From Piedraia hortae CBS 480.64 (lineage: Eukaryota), in NCBI GenBank assembly GCA_010093745.1, contig MU005982.1:186001-215366 (forward strand): 29,366 nt of DNA. The letters are read 5' to 3'. A program made the position numbers and the translations under genes. Position 1 is the stretch's first letter. Each line of letters opens with the position of its first letter. The notes under the pieces were generated by a model. The model worked only from the letters and a program-made list of their open reading frames with translations, did no database searches and was not told the origin of the DNA. Of this stretch, positions 21,574-29,366 are shown piece by piece.

Positions 21574-22875
21574 ATGGCGTACGCAACCACAGTCAATGTC
21601 GCAACGGATCTCAAGCCAGTTTACAGCCGCAAAGGCATCTCCAAAGAAGCAACGGACAAGACCAATGAGCTTTTACAGAAGAATCACGACCAGTTCAACA
21701 TCTTCTTCAATAACAAGGGGTTTCACAACCACATTGCACATCACCTACTCACTATTTGGTCGCTGAGAGCTACTGAAGATCAGGTCGTTCAAGCGTTCAA
21801 GGACAATGAAAGTTATCAGATGCCGGCGAAGGAGGTGCATGAAGATGTTTTAAAGGAGCTCTACGACCCCAAAAAGTTCTCTGAGTCGCTCGGCGTGAGA
21901 GAATACTACCACGAGTTTCTTATTTACTTTCAGAAAGAGATTGAACAGTTGGGCTGGCAGAAAGCCATCTCGAAGCATGTGTTGGAGGAAAGTGAGAACA
22001 ACATGTTAGTCAGGCTTTATGCGGGACTTGTGCACCCTATCATCCATCTCGGATTTGGGGTTGAGTTTGAGCAACCCGCCATTGTTGCGGAAGCGCTGGC
22101 AGAAACTGCTGTCCACAGAGACGATCTCGCCGAATTCTTCCACGACTCTGAGAAGCTTGCGAAGGAGAATGATGACAAGTCGCCAAAGTCAATTGTCCAG
22201 ATGTTTGATGCTATCTATGAGGAAAAGACGCTTCGAGACGCAATTGAATTCAGAGATGAAGACAAGTTGGGTACTACTGAACGGGGCAAGATCGGAGACC
22301 GTGTGAAGAAATTCGCTTCTCAATTCCATGTGCAGCCAAACGACCTAGAGAGGAAAAATGCGGAGCTGACAAATGCTTCTGCATACCTGATGGGCGCAGC
22401 CCCACGCCCTAACAAGATTGTCAAGTTTGACTTTTTCCTCATGCACACCGTGACTAGCTCCATTTTCCTCTCCGCATTTCTGAGACAGGACTGGATCAAA
22501 GATTCTGACAAGGCTCGGCTACTTGCGTGGAAGTCAAGATATGATTTGGTCGAGTACGTTGCACGAGGGGCGCCGGAGTTGCGCATTGAGGTGATAAGAA
22601 ACTACAAACCCAAACAGCCATCAGGGTGGGACGTTCTCGAGGATCGTGTGGTGGCAGTACCCGACGATGGGCATGCTGCTAAGACCGTTCGAGCCCTGGC
22701 TCACGGCCAGCGCATCTGCGAGCCCTACGAACATCGACCGGAGTTTCGCATCAAGCATGATGATTGGTTGCAGCTAGCTCACATGACTATTGACTCTGTT
22801 GAGGGACCGGGAGACGAATGGATTCGGAACACGGGATTTGATGAGGCTTGGAAGAATGTTCCTGCACGCCAATAA
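21574..22875 (+). CDS. Questin oxidase / AflY (HypA)-family oxidoreductase (DUF4243), 433 aa, no intron needed
   Basis: Motifs LLQKNHDQFNIFFNNKGFHNHIAHHLLTIWSL, RLYAGLVHPIIHLGFGVEFEQPAIVAEALAETAVH, KFDFFLMHTVTSSIF, DDGHAAKTVRAL and WIRNTGFDEAW. The first ATG in a good context is at 21574 (tcaATGG). Confidence 0.92.
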   Translation: MAYATTVNVATDLKPVYSRKGISKEATDKTNELLQKNHDQFNIFFNNKGFHNHIAHHLLTIWSLRATEDQVVQAFKDNESYQMPAKEVHEDVLKELYDPKKFSESLGVREYYHEFLIYFQKEIEQLGWQKAISKHVLEESENNMLVRLYAGLVHPIIHLGFGVEFEQPAIVAEALAETAVHRDDLAEFFHDSEKLAKENDDKSPKSIVQMFDAIYEEKTLRDAIEFRDEDKLGTTERGKIGDRVKKFASQFHVQPNDLERKNAELTNASAYLMGAAPRPNKIVKFDFFLMHTVTSSIFLSAFLRQDWIKDSDKARLLAWKSRYDLVEYVARGAPELRIEVIRNYKPKQPSGWDVLEDRVVAVPDDGHAAKTVRALAHGQRICEPYEHRPEFRIKHDDWLQLAHMTIDSVEGPGDEWIRNTGFDEAWKNVPARQ

Positions 22876-22951
22876 GCTCGTCACAAGATATCACCTTGGC
22901 CAGATGTGCTGATTAGGGTCGCCAACCTACGATGTGATGATGCTTACCTTT

Positions 22952-23353
22952 GAAGGGTTTACTGGATTATTATACATTAGAATGTGTGTACGAAGTCATC
23001 CTTGGCAGGGAAATCTCAGTGAAAACTAGGAATGCGTACGCTGTTACGAGTCATGTGTCTGCACGTAAGCAACTTCTTAGGCTGTAAGCAGTATTGCCAT
23101 TTCCTGATCCTCGTGGGAGTGCCTTGGAGCATCTTCACTATAATGACATCTGGAAGGTTTGGATGCTTCTATCGTTAAAGGGCTACTTATCTTCACTGGC
23201 AAGGCTTGCGTGAGCCGTAAATTTCATTGACAGAGCGCGCGGCTTTGTGCGTACTTGGTACCCGGTAATTGGGCGGCGAATCTACACAGAAGACGCGGGT
23301 ACGGAGGTTTAGCAGTCATTGGTTTCTGGAGATGCGTCTCAGCTAAAGCTCAT
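22952..23353 (+). repeat. Diverged direct copy B of the segment upstream of the oxidase gene (20978-21485)
   Basis: Collinear shared blocks: GAAAACTAG 21031/23021, CTGTTAC 21068/23041, TATAAT..CATCTG 21162/23139, GACAGA 21243/23229, CTTGGT 21268/23254, GTAATT..GAATyTACAmAGA 21372/23265, TTCTGGwGATG 21447/23324. Confidence 0.75.
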
Positions 23354-23449
23354 CGTGTTGAGGAGTTTGTTGTGGCACGCGATGGCCGCTGTGTACCTTC
23401 TTGCACTTATTTAGTCCAATGGAAACTGCGATGAAATAGAAGTGGACGA

Positions 23450-26134
23450 AAACATGAATCACATACTATCTACTGTATAGTTGACTCACATTATTCTTCG
23501 CCTCCATGTGGCGTCAATTCCCCCGCAACGGCTTCAAACACTCGTTATAACCTCTCTTCACCCTAAGTCTCGTCCCCGCTGTACTCGGCGTGGTTTTGTC
23601 AATGGTACCCAGTGTGGTCTTTGCGTCATCGCCTTCACTCTCTGCTGCACGCTTAGGTTCAGCTTACACGTTGTAGTAATTCACGGGATGATTCACATGC
23701 CCTTAAGTACCTGTTACACGCTCACGTTCGGCACACATGTAGAAGTTATCCGCGGGATCATTGACCCATTCTCTAGGACGCAGAGGCTGGATGAAGAATC
23801 TAATATGGGGAAAGAGGTCAATGAGCGCCCTCAACATTGAGCATTTCAAAATAACACGCTCTAGCAAACTCATACGTACGGGCAGCAAGAAACGCATCTT
23901 CCGACCTGAGGAGTCGACGCTATCCCGCGAAGGTGACGAGGAGGCTCTTGTGGCCGAGATACCCTTCACTTGTGTACAACTTCATGGCGGCGTTGACGTC
24001 GCCACCATTACAATGGAGCAAACGTTGGAGCTGGGCCGAACGACCCATCTGTGCCTTGATTATCTGCGACGTGAAAGTTGGTTGAGGACGCCACAGCTCC
24101 AAACGAGACGTTTGTGTCCTAAAATTGTCCATGACATACTTGAATTGGTTTACGCGAGCCTTGGCTTTGCTGAGACTAATTCTGGCGACTTTGCGGCTTC
24201 GATCGGAACATACGACGCCCATGTAGTGCCACACGCTGTCGAGAATTGTTTTTGCCGCGATCTTGTCACGCCCGAACACTTGCTTGCTGACCTTGCGCCC
24301 ATAGAATTTGATCAGGTAGTAGGCCATGCCACTTGTGCATGCAAGAATGCCGTAGTGCCACAGTTCTGACCATTCTGCATTGGGATATAGGGTTTTGGAA
24401 GATCGAAAGCCCGTAGACTGGTATCTTTCTGCGTTGAGCACAAGTCTTCTTTGCATAGCTGCGAAGTTTGCCGCAGCTATGGGGAAAGCAGCTGGCTTTG
24501 TAACGCTGGATTCCAGTACGGAAGCGAAAGCAAGTTTAATGCATGCATTATTATCCGCAATCGTGCTTTGGTTTAGAGATGGAGGACCGGTGTTAATATT
24601 AGCGTGGGTATTGGCAGTTTTGCTGTCCGCTGGAGCTTCTTTCTTGTAGGTAGTAATATCAGAAGGGGTGCACTCTTCATGGATGAAGTGGGTGGCCGTC
24701 TGACCGCCGGAGCTAAGTTGATAGGTTCGCTTCTGAAACATTGAGGAATGGGGTACAGTGGTCGAAGATTCGTGAAGCTTTGGATAGGAATGATTGCGCA
24801 ATCTTTGCGGCGCCTGTTCAGCCTAAACACCATCTGCGCAGTCCTGAAGCCCTTTGGCACCCGATTAGCTCTATCACTCGTGTCGGAATGGTAATTTGAC
24901 TCGTAGTGAGACATTTCTCATACTTAAAAGCCTTGTGGTCTGTTCAACTGAGAATATGCCTGTCGATGTTAAATGCTCATCATTAGCTCAATTCAAAGGG
25001 AATCGAAAATATGCGACTTATCATAGTATACCAAGTTCAGAAATGACTGAGAGTGTCTACAGCCTGCGTCGATTATTTCAGATTGGTGAAAATACCTATG
25101 CTTGTGGTATATTGTATTACAAGTTCAAAGCATTTCTCGCCATGATTCGTCGACATCGCATGTTGGAATTTCTCGAGACAGATGTTGATGGACTACTGAC
25201 GTTGGGTGCTACCACTGTTTTCAGTCCATTTCGGCTTTGGCACGCAAAGATCGATGTGGCCCATGTTATTGACCGCACCTCCATGAATGCCAACTCCTCT
25301 ATGGTTCATTGCCGGCGGTGTAAAGTACACTGATCTATACGCTGTTCTAAGGGGCTCTGTTGGAGAGTCTTACACGATGTTGGATGGAACTGTTTCGATG
25401 GGAGTTGGCAGCGTGGACAACCGCGTAAGGCTGAGATGGAAGAACTAACAGCGACACCATCATCATACCCTGCATGCGCAACCCAGCACAACTAAGATCG
25501 TGCCAAGGTGGTCTCGTACTCGTTAAATTTGTGTATGATTTGTTTGGGATGGCTGACTTCGGATGAGTGGTGTCGTATGTGCCACATAGATTTCATACGC
25601 TATGCTGAGGCAACGGCTCCAACCACGTTTTCGCTAGCGGGCACCTCGGCCTGGACATGTTTGGCCGTGTTAGCTATGGCCTTGGACCGTGAAAGCTGAG
25701 AGCTAGCTGGTATCAGCTTCGGTCTAGAAGCAATTTACACGCCCTGCAACGGTAGGGTTGGCTGCGCGCTGGCAGCATTTTTGGCAGAGACTTTCTTCCT
25801 TGCCGCCAGCGGCTTGACGGCTGGTTCCTTGAAACAGCTAATCTCTTATGATTGGCTTCAATTGGCTCCAAATTTGCAGTTTTAGCCATGCGCATTGGGG
25901 GCTGCGATGGTTGCAAGCCTACGGACTGGCTCACCGAGGTCTTCATTACTGCCCGTTGCTTGAAGGTGGCTTCTTTTGCCGGGACAAGCACCATCCTCAC
26001 CCATTCCACGCCGGGGTTTTGATTGACCTGCAGGTAGGGTCGCACCATTTCCTGATCATCTTCATCAAGTCGAGCGAAAGTGATGCAGCTACCGGGCACA
26101 ATGTTTCGTCCAGAGAAAATACGCCTTTAGCCAT
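23450..26134 (-). pseudogene. Long decayed gene of unknown family (S/P-rich N-terminus, helical C-terminal region)
   Basis: ATG at 26134 follows an AC-rich leader. Fragments 25713..26099, 25306..25491, 24573..24914 and 23920..24801 (293 aa) tile the minus strand with stops and frameshifts. The 3' end is approximate. Confidence 0.45.
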
Positions 26135-26160
26135 GTTAAATTGTTCGGTGATGAGTGGGA

Positions 26161-26190
26161 GTGTTGTGTTGCGTTGCGTTGTGTGGTGTT
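26161..26190 (+). repeat. Short imperfect pentamer repeat (GTGTT/GCGTT)
   Basis: gtgtt gtgtt gcgtt gcgtt gtgtg gtgtt. Confidence 0.7.
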
Positions 26191-26444
26191 GGTAATCGGT
26201 GGAAGTGTGATGAGGAAGCAGAGAAAAGTTTTCGAAATCTTTATCCGCAGGATGCTACTTAAAAAGGCTATCACAATCACATGAAAGATGGTTCAATAGA
26301 ATTTTGCGCGACGCCAAAGTGGCTGGCGAGATAACCGGGTATACCGGCAATACCGTGACCCACTTGCTGTGGGCAGCCAGTGCACCAAAGAAAAACCCCG
26401 GGAAAACTTGGATATAGACGCGAGTCCATGCGTACCGTATAATA

Positions 26445-28740
26445 TTAACTAGATGTCCCAGTCTTTGGCTTCCTTGCACTAAGACATTTCTTGCTTAAAG
26501 CAGGTGCCAAATCTGACGCAAGATTGCGAAGTGTGATTTTCGCATGCACAGAAGCCCGCTTCCAGCTACCAATTATATTACCTCCTATTGACCTCTCCTG
26601 TTGTGCAGTTCGCCACGGAGCGATCCGCAGGTGATGACCCACATTCCTGACCAGGGTTCGAGTACTCAGGAATTTTCTTGTAGCTCTAGATACACGTGTA
26701 TACTGACACACCTGTGAGGTGCCGCTGCTTATTGGAACATCTCCGATGCTTGGAAACATCTGTCCTCTAGGACCGTCAAATCTCACTGTAGCAAGGCGTA
26801 GCCAAGAACTATAAAGTGAAATAGAGGCATAAAATCTAAAAGATGTTCAATGCATGTTGTCGTGAAATGAACTGAAGCCTGGAAAGAAGCTTTACTGCGT
26901 GATCTAGTTTGCTTGGAATTCCGCCACGCAAGTCTCTTCCAGCATCGAGAGTTTTGGCAAGAACGAATTGATTCGAGCAAATGATACAATATTTAGCACG
27001 GAATTGGATGATATAAGGCGAGCATGCCTATAAGCGCAGTGATTCTGCAAGATGCGCCACTTGTTGCCATAGCCAGATGGAGTTTGGTCACAATGATTCG
27101 GCTGGGTTAGAATGATGCGTAGGCTATGCGCAAAACACTGCCATGATCAGGCTTCGTCAACTTGATCTTATTTCCAGCAACCTTCAACGATAAAACTTTC
27201 GCTAGGCTAGTCGCATATAATGTTATATTGTGTCACCCCCAAAGTTACAGTGAACTAATAACTTTGGATGACAATCAGGATTTTGTTCTATCCTTACTAC
27301 TGAGCTCTCTAATCCGTCGTTACCAGGACTCGAATAGTCTTCAACTGAACCAAAACATCCTTCAAAGAAGTGATTCTGTCATCGCGCGTATCTTGCCTAA
27401 ACACCCACCTTGCAGCAACAACCACCTATCAGCATCTCGCGCAGCAGCATGTAAAGGAACAACAGTGCCAGAATTTGAGCCCATGAGGGCAATTAGCTGC
27501 CACACTTTCATCATGTCCACCGTTTCATCGGTTTTAAGAGGCGGCCAGGCGTTAGAAGGTGTCTGCGCGACCACATGTTGTTTGTCGTCGGGGTTCTTGC
27601 CCTTTTGTGCCTTTCGAGGTGTAATAGGGACTGCATCTCCCGACTTCAACGAATTTTCCCCCAATTGATGGATCTTGACGCGGCGTTGCCCCAGCTTGCT
27701 CAGACCCATCGTTACATTTGTCACACCCGACTCAACCTCTTTCAATTGCTTGTGCAATCGATCAACCCAGGCATGGTAAATAGCTACTCTGCCGTGTTGT
27801 TTCAACCCGATTTTCGGCGTTTTGTTTAGAACATTGTCGGTGCGCAGGCCAATTTTGCTGTCAACAATTGTGAAGAGCTGCCGCTGCCTACCTCGGAGTA
27901 TGGAGATGGCGTTGCTTGATCATTATTCGGGTGCATGTTCGAAGGGCTAGTCTTGGCTTTCTTAGACTCAAAATAGGTCGTTTCTGTTGGGCTTTCCAAA
28001 ACCTGCGTGTTTCTTGTCGCCGTCACCTTTGGCGCTCAAGCCATTGGTATCATTGTAGACTCTGAGCGTCGTGCACAAGGCAGACTTTTCTTTGACTCCT
28101 AACTGGCCAGCATTTCATCATCAAAGCCATAAGTGGTGCGGTCAGGAGATTTGCCGATAGGTTCTCTCTTTTCCTTTGATTGCGTTGCGGGCTTTTCAGT
28201 GGCTTGGGTCTTCTGTTCCTTCTGCAGCTTGGCACGTTCGCGTCGTTCCTCCGCCAGCAAAATTTTCGTACTCTCCAGTTGCACCGTAAGCTCTGCCACT
28301 TTTTTGCCCTCTCTAGCAGCCCTAGCATTGCTCTCTTCAGCAAGCTTTACACTTTTTTTTTCCAGAGTTCAGTCATTTCGGTGAGACTCTGCTTGGCGCT
28401 ACCTATTTCCCAAGCGTAGTTCTTCTTGGCATAACTTAATCTCTTGCGTAACTCATTTTTGCTCTTCTCCACACACTTCATCTCCGCTTGAACGCAACGA
28501 ACCTCCAATCCTGCAGCGTGCAGTTTCTTGCTCACTTCGACATGCTTTTCATCCATGACACTTAATTCATTGGACCAGCGATTCGACTCCTCAGCCAATC
28601 TCGTGTAGTCATTTTATGCCACCGTTAGTTCAGGTATGTTGTCTATGACGTTCCGGTTGCAAGTGGTTTCAACGAGGAACGTGGTAGTTTTGTTTACCGT
28701 CTTCGAGGGCAGAAGGTCCCTGTTCTCGTTTCTGTGGGGA
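26445..28740 (-). pseudogene. Long decayed gene of unknown family with an N-terminal coiled coil
   Basis: Fragments 28347..28598, 28099..28299 (AELTVQLESTKILLAEERRERAKLQKEQK), 27826..28026, 27362..27805 and 26783..26989 tile the minus strand, joined by single stops or frameshifts. Confidence 0.5.
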
Positions 28741-29270
28741 CTCTGCGCGTCTTGCGTGTGATGTTGTTTTGTTGTTTTAGGGATATGCTCCCTGCGTGAT
28801 AGCAGGTAAGGTTAGTGAACCATTCGGGTGTAGGTTAGACGGATCGATTTCTTCGGGGCGATGCCTGAGTTTTTGTGCTTACTTATATGTATAAACGCAC
28901 TCAGCCAGCAGCGCTTCCGGCAAGCCATTGGATCCTGGAGACGAGGCATACGGTAGGTGGAACGTTTACATCGCACATGATCAGTACTAAGGTGTTTATG
29001 TTGTCTTGCTGCTCGCATATGAGAATGAGCTGCTTCCTGAATGTGCAAACGTACAATGTCTTCTTTCAATCCTTTCCGCCAAGCAAGGGGGTGTGGCTTT
29101 TCGAAGTGCATTCACGCACAACGGTGTTTAGACGACTCCTATCACGACCTTCCGACGATCTACGAGGAATCAACGAAAGTGCGGTGTGAAACTGAGGTAT
29201 TGTCTAAGGTATCTCTATCTGCGGTCGAGCGGCGAGGAGCCGCTCTTGAACCTTACTTCTACATTACCCC

Positions 29271-29366
29271 TTTATTATAATTGTGAGCAGATGTGTACCT
29301 GCATACAAATCTCTACGGAAAACTAGTTGACGCGTGAAGTCGAGAGCCGAGCGACGGTTACTAATA
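29271..29366 (+). repeat. Direct repeat copy C, running off the window end
   Basis: About 93% identical to 20984-21079; offset 8287 bp. Confidence 0.95.

Noticed and set aside
13044..28740. Heavy RIP as the cause of decay
   Set aside because: The sequence is not visibly AT-rich and frameshifts are frequent, which fits neutral decay better. RIP indices were not computed.
12867..29270. Starship element
   Set aside because: No tyrosine-recombinase captain or typical Starship genes were recognised; the only mobility gene looks DDE-type.
1..29366. CRISPR arrays, rRNA or tRNA genes
   Set aside because: No repeat-spacer periodicity or recognisable structural RNA sequence was seen by eye.

Overview
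Eukaryotic DNA, most likely from a filamentous ascomycete (GT..AG introns with CTRAY branch sites, fungal gene families). The left part (1-12.7 kb) holds a spliced, Gln-rich conserved gene with an internally duplicated domain (319-2946, minus). It is followed by a head-to-head pair: a PARP6/8/16-type ADP-ribosyltransferase fused to a UBE2Q-type E2 (5385-8624, minus) and a vWA + multi-zinc-finger + RBR-type E3-like gene (9671-12697, plus) that carries one in-frame TAG at its domain boundary. This pair is the best candidate for an undescribed system, a linked ADP-ribosylation/ubiquitination module. The right part (12.9-29.3 kb) is mostly decayed reading frames, including a CMC/Plavaka-like DDE transposase relic, and is bracketed by short imperfect inverted motifs. 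One intact questin-oxidase/AflY-family gene (21574-22875) sits in its middle, and that gene's upstream segment occurs three times in the window. Family assignments come from motifs recognised by eye, and no searches were run.
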